This document shows, piece by piece, positions 51,952 to 64,000 of a DNA stretch of 64,000 nucleotides (position 1 is its first letter; every line of letters starts with the position of its first letter). Both the position numbers and the translations under genes were made by a program. This stretch comes from Bispira polyomma (Eukaryota). Location: positions 48,980,001 through 49,044,000 of the forward strand of contig OZ287754.1 of assembly GCA_965649765.1 (NCBI GenBank). Reading direction: 5' to 3'. Below the pieces are notes generated by a model, which saw only the letters and a program-made list of their open reading frames with translations, was not told where the DNA came from and searched no databases.

Positions 51952-52239
51952 CTGTAGATCAGATCGATTAAAAATATTATATCAATGCTGTATAATATAT
52001 ACAAAAAAGCATATGTTACCACAGAGAGCTGCAGAATGGGTTTGCTGACATAACAAAGAAGAATAATATCTAGCGATGAATGAAGGATTATTCTCATGTC
52101 ATATCTTTTGTCGTTTAGTCGCCATACATTGGTACTTCCCAAAAGGACAAAGGACAACGTCACAGACTATATTTGGAAAAAACCAAGGACACAAAGTCGA
52201 TTTCGGCAGGCCAAAGTCATTAGCTGAAATGAAAAAAGT

Positions 52240-52460
52240 CCTAAAGTCACAGGCTGGCTTGGTATAGGGCCAAGGTCACAGGCTGACTTAGTATAGGACC
52301 AAGGTCACGGGCTAGCTTGTTAAAAGGCCAAGGTCACAGGCTGACTTGGGACAAGGCAGTATCACAGGTTCACTTCAGACCAGGTCAGGGTCACAGGCTG
52401 TCCCGGACAAGACCCAGGGTATTGGGGGACTTCAGACAAGGCAAATGTCACAAGGACACA
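52240..52460. repeat. Degenerate ~30-bp tandem repeat
   Basis: Recurrent CCAAGGTCACAGGCTGACTT units. Confidence 0.7.
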
Positions 52461-52852
52461 CATATTAGTTCATTCTTTAACACATTGGTCGCAGATACAA
52501 CTGTTACATTCACACAGTAACCTTGACATAATTTGACATAATATACAGATATGTACCATCAACTGTTTACTGTTTCATTGAAATTGTAAGTAAAGACGGT
52601 ATTCACCTTTGGTACAATTAATTACAGTTAATGTTCATATATAGGAGCAATAGTTATACTTTTATATAGTTTAAATTATATTGAAATAATCCTTAAAAAG
52701 TCATGATTTAAATTCAGTTTACAGAATGCCACTTGTGGAAGAAGTAATGTACCAACCTTTGACTTTTATGACTCCCTCAATATGGAATTTATAATTTCAA
52801 AAGCAATTGTTTTACAGAATTAGGTATAAAATAAGTGATCTCATTGACTTAC

Positions 52853-52986
52853 CATAATAAATCCCAAAGTAAATTGACAGAGCTATTACCAGGCATATCA
52901 CTAGTGCTATCAAAAGTAGACACAGAAAACGCAGATAAACTACAATTTTTCCGCCATTCTGATGTTCAGTATCGTCTTTGGTTGGT
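52853..52986 (-). CDS. Transmembrane (type II signal-anchor) exon
   Basis: Strong polypyrimidine acceptor, donor gtaagt, 134 nt, phase 2-1: PTKDDTEHQNGGKIVVYLRFLCLLLIALVICLVIALSIYFGIYY. Confidence 0.85.
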
Positions 52987-53229
52987 CTAGAGTTGAAAAA
53001 AAAAAGAAGATTTACTGTTAACACAGCCAGTCTAAAGAAATCTCTATTTTTTAATAGGTATATACAGCAACTGCTACGGAAACATTATTAATTTTTAGTA
53101 GCATAAGATATAATACCTCTTATTACGGTGCCTTAATAACACAAATACAGTTTAATCCAATTATGTCAAGTCATAAATATTTTTTTAGAGTTAATAAATT
53201 AAAAGACATGATAAAATAGCAAAATACAG

Positions 53230-53340
53230 ATTACCATTGATGTTGTGTTTCAAAGATTTTTAAAATAGCAATGATTGATTTATACAGTCAAAGGCTTTTG
53301 ACATATCAATAAAGGCAAACAACACAGTGTTCAAGTATAC
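53230..53340 (-). mobile_element. Short reverse transcriptase remnant of a non-LTR element
   Basis: FAFIDMSKAFDCINQSLLF matches the FIDxxKAFDxV RT motif. Confidence 0.65.
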
Positions 53341-53659
53341 TATGATAGAGTGTTTGGTGTCAAATGTAAATATTGTGACCGAATGTTTACCTGTAAAATG
53401 ATCAACTGTACCGCATTCATAAAGCTTTGGTGTTGTTTTTTGGTGTTTCTTTTTTAACTTGAAGAAACATGATGTAACTCTGACTATTGTATTGTAAATA
53501 TATATTTTTAACATATTTTTTTGATGTGATGCATTCTAAACCATAACAACTAAATCAATCAACCAATGTGTTGTAGAACATAATCTGAGTTCTCATCTGC
53601 AGGCAATAGCATGTCCACATCTTGCCCAAGGATGTTATCCCACCAATGAACTCTAGCAG

Positions 53660-53860
53660 TGACATTAGCAGGGGGGCCTCTTGATCACCAAACCAACTCC
53701 CCTAATCAGGAATCGAACAAGGAACCTTATGTTCACCAAACTAACTCCTCCAACTATGAGTTGAACTGGGACCTTTCAATCACCAGGCAAACGCCCCCAA
53801 CCAGGAGTTGAATCGGGGACCTTTTGATCATCAGACCAACTCTCCAACCACTCGGCAATC
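53660..53860. repeat. Degenerate ~47-bp tandem repeat, probably from a SINE head
   Basis: Four units of GATCACCAAACCAACTCC...GGAGTTGAAC. Confidence 0.55.
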
Positions 53861-54306
53861 GGAGACCATCTATTGTAATAATGATGATGATACATGTATA
53901 TTGTATTGTGATTTTGACCGTGCATTAGTGATGCGAGGCATCTTCTAAAGCGCACTAACAGAAACAGTTAACTAATAGAGAAGTCCAAAAACCTAGCTAT
54001 GGTCTTAAAGGAGGATGTGGGGGTGTGCAAGGAGGGAACTAAGGGGGGAGGGGGAGAGGCGAGCTTAAAAAGATGGTCATGGGTTTTAAGCATTTTTCTG
54101 AAACCAAAAACTATTTCAAGTGATCTATGTAATTCATAAAAAACAAATATATAAAGGACACCAACCTCCAAACTCTATGCTGTGGGCGCTCATAAGGATA
54201 TCTTTGAACAAATACTGTCGATGATTTTTCTGGTCTGGATGTTGTCACATAGACACGATTTCTCTGAAAAATATCAATTAAGTGAATGTTCTTTTAACGT
54301 GTCCAT

Positions 54307-54555
54307 GGGGGCCGTGGTGGCCTAGTGGTTAGCAAGCATTGCGCTTCACAATCACTGGTCTCTCACATCTGGGCGGCATGAGTTCGAATCCTGTCGATGC
54401 CTATGTGAGAAAGGTGGTAGTTCCTAACTGTGGGCCGATGGTTTCAGTGCAGAACCTTGATTAACTGTATGCAGTGTTTCCTCCAAAATTTCCAACTACC
54501 TGTCCCAATATACCCTAAACAGGTACTAGAGTGGACGTTTAATATCCAAATTCAA
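54307..54555 (+). mobile_element. tRNA-derived SINE, copy 5
   Basis: 14-bp TSD TTTAACGTGTCCAT (54293-54306, 54556-54569). Confidence 0.92.
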
Positions 54556-54633
54556 TTTAACGTGTCCATGTTCAGGCCATTAATCATGTATTAGCCACAT
54601 TTATGAAAAAGTGGCTCCTATGATAAGGGTGTA

Positions 54634-54873
54634 GGACTAAACGTACCGAAACTAAATGTACCAGGACAAAATGTACCAGGACAAAATGTACTGGCACTAA
54701 ATGTCCAAGAACAAAATGTACTGGGACAAAATGTACCGGAACAAAATGTACCAGGACAAAATGTACAAGGACTAAATGTACTGGCACTAAATGTCCAAAG
54801 ACAAAATGTACTGGCACAAAATGTACCAGGACAAAATGTATCAAGACAAAATGTACCAGGACAAAAGGTACCC
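54634..54873. repeat. 15-bp tandem repeat, ~16 copies
   Basis: GGACAAAATGTACCA units; a short second array at ~55055-55095. Confidence 0.93.
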
Positions 54874-57800
54874 ACGATGTATAATATATTTGTATATTAT
54901 ACAGATTGAATCCCTACTTGGCTAAGAAATTTATTGTTATTAGTTAATTTCTATTGATAAAAAAAAATAAAAGCTACTGGCAAAGTTTACTGGACATAAA
55001 TGTATTCATGACTGATTTTTTCATCACTTATAATTTTACTTTAGGTCATAGGTTGTAGGACTAAACGTACTAGCACTAAATGTACCCGGACAAAAGGGGC
55101 TGTACCAAGATGTACACACACCTGGGCAAAACATGAACCAAGATTTATAAAACTCTATATCTATTAATATAGAGTTAATCATAACCTGGTCAAGGAAATG
55201 AATTGTTATTAGTCGTTGATTGCTGCAAATAAACATATTTTAAAATATACTGAAAAAGTTAACTAGAAACTCACACACGACTTTAGCTAAAATAAATTTA
55301 AGTGATTAATTCATCAATTTATAATTTTATTTTAATACCTATTTTTTGAATTTACACTAAAGGTCGGCAAGCGCAAACTGTGGTTCTCGAGACCGGTGAA
55401 CTACTGTGGTTTCCTAAGCCATTTAGAAGGAAACCTGTGAGTCTGTACATTGCTTTTAATTTCTTGGATTATTGCTGTTACTGTGCTTTTTTTTAAAAAA
55501 AAAATACAGGTTGTCGATTATCAGCCGTCAACAGTTTTTACTCCCAGAACCCTTGTCGTCTGTCAGCAGTCAACACTTCTAAAATATAATTTTATTTTTG
55601 TTCAGTTCCTCAAATTAGGAAATTATCAGAACAGCAGGACAAGGTAGAACGTGAAATTTCAAACTTTCCCCTATAAGCGAACCTTAAAGTCGAAGTTATT
55701 TACACAATTTCAACTCATAAAATATCAAGATTGTATACCAAATATGAACAAAAAAAACTACAACATTAAAGGCAAACAAATGTATTGATTGTGTGTAGCA
55801 TGTATAAACGTAAATTTTTAGTCAAAATCGCCAAATTTTAACCTTCAAGTTCAATTTTTGTTCATGAACTTCGAACCCATATACTGTCAGAGTCAAATTT
55901 ATCTGTGTCAAATAGCCTACTCCAACATTAAAAGCAATAAATATATTATTTATGGATGGCTTGCCAGCCGGACAAAGTTAAAAATGCAATGACCCAATTC
56001 TTTTCCTCTTATAGGTAATTCAACCTTAAAAGTGCCTCCTGTGTGTTAGAAAATAAACATGCAGGAAATGTTGTCTTCTTCGAAACCCCCCTTCTTCTGA
56101 CGTATAATGATTTTCCAAAACTTTTGTTGCATTAAACATGTCATAAAAACATTCCAAGAAAAACATGCTGAACATGTGTCATGTTCTGACATTTAGGGTG
56201 TGCCAAGTAGGAAAAGCCAGTATTTCAGGGGTTTGTATATTAATGTAGAACTGATTTTACCAATAACACTCGTAATATAACTATCTATATAAGTATCTGT
56301 ATAACTATCTTTACTTTTAATAGTCTGCACTAAACCACCCCTCCAATACACATACTGTACACATTCTATGCATATTAGGTTTCATCAAAATAATAAAATT
56401 AAAGTGTGTATATCTCTCTGCTCTGTGTATGCCTTTCAACTACTGTAAAATATTGATTTTTTTTTCGGTGGGAATTTTTGCTCTTTTTGTGATGTAATGA
56501 ACTTAGAACAGTGAAAAGAATAAGGATTTCAGTTAAGATTTAACTGTTCAATATTTTATTCAGCAAAAGAGTGACAATTAATTGCAGTAAAACGTGTTAA
56601 AATGATAAAGTTGTGGACATTCAATACAGCTAACATTTATAGTTTTACAGTAATATGCACCAGATCTTTCACAAACTAGCTGGCACAACCAAACATCCAA
56701 ATTGACAGTTCCAATGACATTTATGTAAATTGTTGTCTTTTTTAGGCATGTTACAAAGAATACACCAGGATATGTCAGAATACCCCCACTTATTAGAACA
56801 ACTATAGAATCCTACTGGGTTTAATTTATAATCTTGGCTGTCTATATAGTGGGTTTTCTTCAAATAAAAACAAACATGAACTTTTTGATGCTTATTTTAT
56901 CTCACTCTAACATGCACTACTGAAAACAAGAAGTATACCGTACTTTTTTATTTTCACAGAAAAGTGTTGAAATTCATTGGCATAATATTTGTAAACATTT
57001 GTTGTAAATAAAATAATTAAACTTTAATGAGATTTACCTTCCACTGAAGCCACATTTTACAGTTATAGTGACAACAACAGAGGGGTTTATAAAGGATACT
57101 TTTAATCTAGTTATTATACTACCTTCAAAGGTAGTGTGGCCTTAACAAACATAAGTCATTGATGATATTTTGATGATGTAGAAGCCACAGTTTACTATTT
57201 ACAATAATACCAAATGAAAGTATTACCTTACTATATATTAGTATTTATTTAATCCAATAGTAATTTAAAATAAATTTTTGATTTTTACCAATTTGTGAAA
57301 ATATTATTTTAAATAAAAAACTCTTAATAGTGTTTAATTTACATACTATAGGGAAACCAATATTATGACTACACTTGTGAAAATAGACAAAAATGTACAT
57401 ACAAAACACAGATGATGTAGTGTGCTTTTAAATGACCAAAACAAAGACATTAATAAGTTGTAGAACACAAACCACCAAATAATACTACATGTACATCATA
57501 TGCATGAGAAACACTAAAATTACCAAATATTGATAAATAAATGAGCTTTTGAATCTAAATTAAACATATTAAATTAAACATTAAATTAAACAAATTTAAT
57601 TTTTACATTACACATGTTCACTGAAATGACAACCAGTAAACTTGTGAAATATTGAAGACCAAATTTCAGTAAATACGGGTAGTTACTGAAGTTTTTAAGA
57701 GATTACACTTATTTACTGACCAAATCAGTAAGTTCGCATATTTACGCATATTTACTGATTATGCATATTTACTGCAAGACATATATATTCATGGGTGGTA

Positions 57801-59419
57801 ATCAGACATTTAACGACATATATAGCAAAAACAATTAATTTACGTCATTCCCGTCCGTATAAAAAGGGTTTGGAAGCTTTTTCTATGGATATAGAGGGAA
57901 ATGACATAAATTGCTTAACTGAATAGCTATCACCCGTGAATATATATATATATATATATATATATGGATACGTACACGAGTGCAGATGAGCATGGATATG
58001 TCTTATTTCCGACAAAAGCTGGAAATACATCTCTCACAGAAAATGCATCAGTGTTAGATATCGTAAAAGATACCGTATTTATGGTTAAAAAATACACCTC
58101 TCAGTGATTTTTTGATCCTGTCAGAAATTGTGTCGGATATATTACATGGAAGATCAAGTTTGATCACTGAGTTTAGCCCAATGAAAGAAGGGAAACAAAT
58201 ATATTAAATATTTCTAAAAATTAAACAGGCATAATATTTGGTGGAATGATAAAAATTGCCATTCATTTTAGTTGAGCCACAAACATTAAAAATGTGGGAG
58301 AAACTTGTTGCATTCCAGAGCTTTAAAGTACAAAATATACCTAAATTAGGCTCATAATTTGATAATGCTACTACAATTATTTTGTGGTGTTCTTTAATTG
58401 GCGAGGACCAAACTTAGCTACATTTCGCAGCTCTGCCTGTCACGCTCACGGACCCGTGTACTGATCGTGCCATATCGCAGAGGTGTATTTCACACTTATA
58501 ATAGTGTCAAGTAGACATTTTTAAATCAGTACTATGTTAAATGCCATAAACTGAATCAACTTCTATGTTTTCTATATAGATATATTGTCTGACAGTTAAT
58601 ATACTGTCAACCTCTTTGATTTGATTAAAAGAATGTTTATTTTACCAATAACAAAAATATTTTCTGCAAGTAGCGAGGCACGGTATGCCCCTACTGCACA
58701 AATTACTGAGTAGCAGTATTCTAAAAAATCTAGTTTACCTACCCCACCTCGGCCAGCTGTTTTATCCATTTCTATATGATATTCATGTTCCACGAACCTA
58801 CAGAGTACAACTTCATAGATAAATGACTATTAATTTAACAGAGGACGGAGGTGTTTGACAAGGTACCTTTAAACTATGTCCCTGCCTAGACTTTTTTCAC
58901 AGTATCAACAATCACGCCAAACATTGTATCATCCGCTATAAGTTTATTTAACCTCAAATAACTATGGTGATAAAAAAGAACACACTTTATGTTTAGACGA
59001 ATGAAAGTGAATGCACTGTAAATCTAGTGAAGAATCTTTTGGGATTCCAATTCTTTGACATAAAACCACAAAATAAAAAAAACCCAACAACGTATAGCTG
59101 TATTACTGTTTCTGTCTTTATACAAATAACACACATGTATAAACCAGTTAAGTCTATTTTTACTGTTATACTCTGGTACTTCATTTCCTCACATATACAT
59201 GCCATAAATCACAGTCGGTCATGTGGAAAACTGGATAGATTTCAATTAGACATGGAGGTATGGTGCCCCTTTTAGGCCATGTATACATAATCTAGATATA
59301 GCAACAAAATTAAGTTTGTTAGAATAAACTAATTTAGTCTTTATAACAAGATGTTATCATGTTGAGACGACCCATATGATCTTACTAGAATGAGATATGA
59401 TATTGTGTGCACAACTTAT

Positions 59420-62400
59420 GGCTTTAGTAATGTAAACGCATAAAACGATGGCCGGAAAACCACGCTATGTATGTTCAAGCTTCTCAGAAACTGCACAACT
59501 ATTTCTTTGTGGCCTTAAATTCAATTTATGGATAACATATTTACATTTTCATGAGTGGAAATAATAATAAATGACCTATATTTTAATTATATATTAATTA
59601 ATATATTTTATGTAAAATTTTAAATAGGTATCTTGGGACATACAATGCATGGATTTCAATATTCACATAGACACCGCATCTGGAAATAGTAATCGGTTTT
59701 CCACAGTTCTGGAATCTTGCAATCTTACCCAACATATAAACTTCCCTACCCATATTCATGGGCATACACTAGATTGCTTGCTAACTCCTACTGATTTCAA
59801 TGGTATCAAAAACATAAAAAACATTGGTTGCATCAGTGATCATTTTTTGATATCCTGTGAAATTGATGCTCCCTCCCCACCATCTTTTGATGTCACACAA
59901 ATCACTTTTCGGCAATTTCAAAAAATCAATATGTCTGACCTTAGACGAGAGTTGGCAGATACGGCCTTCGCCAAGTCTCCTGCTGATAATGCCACTGACC
60001 TATACACACAGTACTGCACTGACCTGCTGTCTCTTATAGAACGCCATGCGCCATGTAAATCAAAGACATTGAAGAAGCCAGCACCTGAGTGGATCACCAG
60101 TAATTATCGTGAAATGAAGATGCTGCGCAGGCAAGCCGAACGAACATGGCGCCGAAACAAAACAGCTACAAATAGATCTAGACTACGCCAATGGATCACC
60201 CGGTGCAACAACACTATAAATGACTCAAAACGTGCCTACTATGCTAACATGATATCTCAAAGCGAGGGTGACCCGAAGAAACTTTGGCCAAAACTAAATA
60301 ACACCCTCCACCGCAAAAAACAGACTATACTACCCGAAAATTCCAATAGCAAATCACTGGCAAACATTTTTAGTACTTTTTTCACTGATAAAATTACCAG
60401 AATCCGTAACGGTTTTACATTAGCGGCCCCAAATACCCCTTTACCAACAGCTCCACCAACCGTCTTCAACTGTTTCTCCACAGTAACTGTTGATGAAGTC
60501 AGGAAAATTATACTGGCATCACCCGTAAAATCTTGCTTGCTAGATCCGTGGCCCACATTCCTTGTCAAAGAATGTATTGACATTTTATTGCCCTCAATCA
60601 CAAAACTTATCAACCTCTCGTTGATAAATGGCGTCTTTCCAGATGATTTTAAAAAGGCTATTGTCACTCCTTTAATAAAAAAACCTTCTCTTCCAAAGGC
60701 TGACTTGAAAAATTACCGTCCTGTCTCAGGCCTTTGCTATATCTCTAAGTTGGTAGAACTCGCGGTTGCCTTACAGATCAAACAACATGTTGACGTCAGC
60801 AATCTGTCCAATAAGTATTAGTCAGCCTACAAAAGTGGTCATTCTACTGAGACTGCACTTCTTTGCATCAAAAATGATGTTCATACATCTTTATCCAAAG
60901 GTATGCCTACTACCTTAGTACTGCTGGATCTGTCAGCAGCCTTTGATACTATTGATCACAAAGTTCTTCTTGAGTGCCTATCGTCCTGGTTCGGTATCAG
61001 CGGTATGGCGCTTAAGTGGTTCACGGCATATTTATCTGATAGATTCCAATCAGTCAAAATTGGCAATATCTTATCCGACCCAACATGGTTAAAATTTGGT
61101 GTTCCCCAAGGTTCCGTCCTAGGTCCCATTTTGTTTTCCATGTACACCACTCCACTCAGCAAGATTATTGCTGCATACAAAAACATAAACTTTCACTTCT
61201 ATGCTGATGATACCCAACTGTACATCCACCTTACACCTGACTCTGCCCAGGTAGCTTTCACTTCATTACAGAACTGCCTTGTTGATGTACAACACTGGAT
61301 GGCAGCAAATAAACTCAAGCTGAACCCTGAGAAGACTGAGTTTATTTTGTTTGGCTCCAAGTCGCAACGGGAAAAATTGTCCAGCTGTTTTCCACTTGAG
61401 ATTCTTGGCAGCAGGTTTTTTCCAGCTGACAAAGTACGAAACCTGGGTGTGGTGTTCGACTCTGAATTTTCCTTCTCGAACCATGTCGCATCTGTGTGTA
61501 GATCATGTTTTGTTGGCCTCCGTGATTTCAGGCGGATTCGACGCTATCTTTCAAAATCCACTGCAATCACTGTTGCCAATGCTTTGGTCAGCAGCAGGCT
61601 TGATTACTGCAACTCTCTGTTCCGTTCCTTATCTCGTAGTGATCTCAGACGCCTTCAGAATATCCAACACTCCTTGGCACGTATTGTAACCAAAACATCT
61701 AAATTTTCCCACATTACTCTTGTACTGAAGTCACTGCACTGGCTCCCAATAAAATATCGTGTTGCTTTCAAAACAGCAACAATAATATATAAATTTCTAA
61801 ATTCTGGATTACCCACTTATTTTAGCCCCCATCTATCCAAATATATATGCTCAGTCAGGACTAGGCGCAGTAACCCTGATAAATTATACCTTAACATTCC
61901 CACTTTCGACCCTCGCATCCACAAATCCAAAGTTCAGTTCAATCACTGCCTAGCTCATGATGGCCCCCTCATTTGAAACAGCCTACCTGATCATGTTCGC
62001 CTGGCTCAAACCTTCTCCTCTTTCAGGAGTAAGCTGAAGGCCTATCTTTTTTAACAGGCTTTTCCACCTTAGCCGTCGCAACCATCTACGGTAGTCTCCC
62101 TGGTTACAACTTCCATCCGCCCACTATTTTTGATTTGCGATTAACGTTTTGGGTTTGTTGTGCCTTAGAATTTGTTGTACAAAGATTAAGCGCTATAAAA
62201 GTACGACTAGATTAGATTAGATTAGATTAGATGTAGCAGTGTGTAAAATTGTAACTAAAATGGGTAATATTTTCAAAGTACATGCTTCACAAACGTAACA
62301 CAATTCACATGCCAAAAAGGGATCAATACTGAATTATTATATATGAATAGAAAAAGGAAAACATCAGCATTATTTTGAATGAATTCGTTTTTCAAAAAAA

Positions 62401-62887
62401 AAAAAAAACACACAAAAACACAGATAATTTTAGAAAAACATTAAAGTTACACTCTTCTAGACAGAGAGATGTTTTGTATATGTTTTTATAAAATAAGGAA
62501 AAATATTGAAAAATGGAAATCACTCAAAATAATATACATGTTTTCTGAAGTTGTTCAGTGTATATAATGTCTGCATTTGTGTTGGATCAATACTTGTATT
62601 GTGTCACAATAGACAGGGCTCTCTGCGAAAAATGTTTACAAATATGACGTTCCAGTATAGATTTCAAATTGTGTGACGTCACAATACAAAAATCGTTATA
62701 TGGGTGTTTTTATAGTTTTGTAGCATAGTAGTAGCCTTTTAAATTGTTTGGACAAATAAAAATTGTTATAAGCCTTACCAAAGTGTACATTTAAAGTCCT
62801 CAGAGTTGTTATACAGACTAGAAATGACTCTCGTAAAAATGGCATGCTTTATCCCCGGCCCGTTTATGTGTTTACGTTAGTAAAACC
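59420..62887. mobile_element. Kolobok-like non-autonomous element (inverted relative to 1552-2430), split by an L2 insertion
   Basis: TIRs GGCTTTAGTAATGTAAAC and GTTTACGTTAGTAAAACC; flanks TTAT / TTAA; both halves match 1552-2430. Confidence 0.8.
59652..62232 (+). mobile_element. 5'-truncated L2/CR1-group LINE (partial APE + RT), young, three nonsense codons
   Basis: DFNIH, GHTLD, SDH, NYRPVS, SAYKSGHSTETALL, LDLSAAFDTIDH, GVPQGSVLGP, YADD and LHWLP in one frame. Stops at 60819, 61974 and ~62052. (ATTAG)n tail at ~62207-62232. Confidence 0.95.
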
Positions 62888-64000
62888 TTAAACATTTCAT
62901 CATAACAAGATCATGCTCATGATATATAATACGACTTAATTATCTTGTGATAATGATTTAATCATCTCACTATAACCACTCAGTTATCTCATTATATCTT
63001 CCTATATAACAAGATTACCATAGCTGTTATCACGAAAGATGACCTGTATATACCATGTCCAAGTAGTTAGGGTTTTGATCTCATGATCAGAAAGTACCTG
63101 GTTCTATTTCCCATGCCGAACCCTAGTTTCGTTTGGTGGGATAAGATTGTTGGGGAAGATGTGAACACAAGTTTGCCTAGTGACTCAGACAACCACTTAA
63201 AAAGGTGGTCCTTTGTCACTGAGTACTATCACTAGTGGCAGATTACAGATCTTTGAGGACGTTGCTAAATGGTCATCCTCAAGCACGCCTCGGCTCCTAT
63301 AGTGTCAGACCATAAGGAAGTGCATTTGAAAGGACGCTTTGTTCTGTAAGTGCGCTTAACAAATGTTCTATTTTATATTTCATTTTATCTAAGAAATTGA
63401 TATGTCTTAAAAGGGTTACCTTAGACAGGCCTCACGTGCCCATGTCCTTAAAGCCAAGTGGGGTTGTGGTGGGGCAAGGGAGTGGGAGGGGGGGGGGATT
63501 TAAAAACCTGTACCTTATTTGGCTATATGACAATATATATATTAAGTGTGGTGGTTCACTGATGTGTATTTAAGTGGTGTTTATTCATGATTTTCTGAAA
63601 TCTTGATTATCAGTTTGACTTGTCATGTGCCCTCACATAACACTCCACCCCTAATCCAAAGAGGTCACAAACGTGCTAAATGTCATTGTATTACTATCTG
63701 TACATGTTATACAAATACACTTTATGTGGTAGTATAATAACAACGACAACACATCACATGACAAATGACATCACAATTTTTTTTAAGAATTACTAATTTA
63801 GTTTATATTTGACACATAGATATCATACGACAAGGGTGTGAATAATTTAATGAAAGCTTTTTTAAGATAGACTAAAATTAGTTACAAGATAAAACACACC
63901 ATTGGGTAAATAATATGTTGAGTTACTCTAAGATATTACAATAACCTTTTGCTACAGTTAATAATGTACATGTAACACATCATTACTTTGAAACACAACA

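Larger units (their letters stand above)
22770..52986 (-). other. Multi-exon gene span: type II membrane protein TM-SEA-(cbEGF)x10-PAN/MANSC-like; 5' exon(s) not identified
   Basis: 16 exons with GT-AG boundaries and compatible phases (2-1, 1-0, 0-2, 2-1, then all 1-1) give one open reading frame. Confidence 0.85.

Noticed and set aside
54584-54875. ORFs with HFVLV / GTFCP pentapeptide repeats
   Set aside because: Translation of a 15-bp DNA tandem repeat; open in several frames with no splice evidence.
62180-62232. L2 elements in the window as mobilising partner of the young SINE
   Set aside because: The SINE 3' end (GTGGACGTTAAATATCCAAATTCAAA) does not match the L2 3' end (GATTAAGCGCTATAAAAGT + ATTAG tail).

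Overview
AT-rich, intron- and transposon-rich animal genomic DNA. The repeat landscape suggests a lophotrochozoan, probably a mollusc (inference). One N-gap lies at 35316-35474. The main host feature is a minus-strand multi-exon gene (~22770-52986, 5' exon not identified) that the ORF track largely misses. Reading GT-AG boundaries by hand gives 16 phase-compatible exons encoding a type II transmembrane helix, a SEA domain with a GSV motif, a short Cys linker, 10 calcium-binding-type EGF repeats in strict A/B alternation, and a C-terminal PAN/apple-MANSC-like Cys domain. One dead EGF pseudo-exon sits in the array. A second, orphan low-complexity exon with a 270-bp internal duplication lies at ~15009-15932 (-). 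Mobile DNA includes a Tx1/L1-type retrotransposon (intact ORF1, wrecked ORF2), a decayed Harbinger (MADF + nuclease), L2/CR1-group LINEs, five young tRNA-derived SINE copies, TTAA-flanked Kolobok-like non-autonomous elements, several MITE families, a Helentron/HINE-like element and minisatellites.
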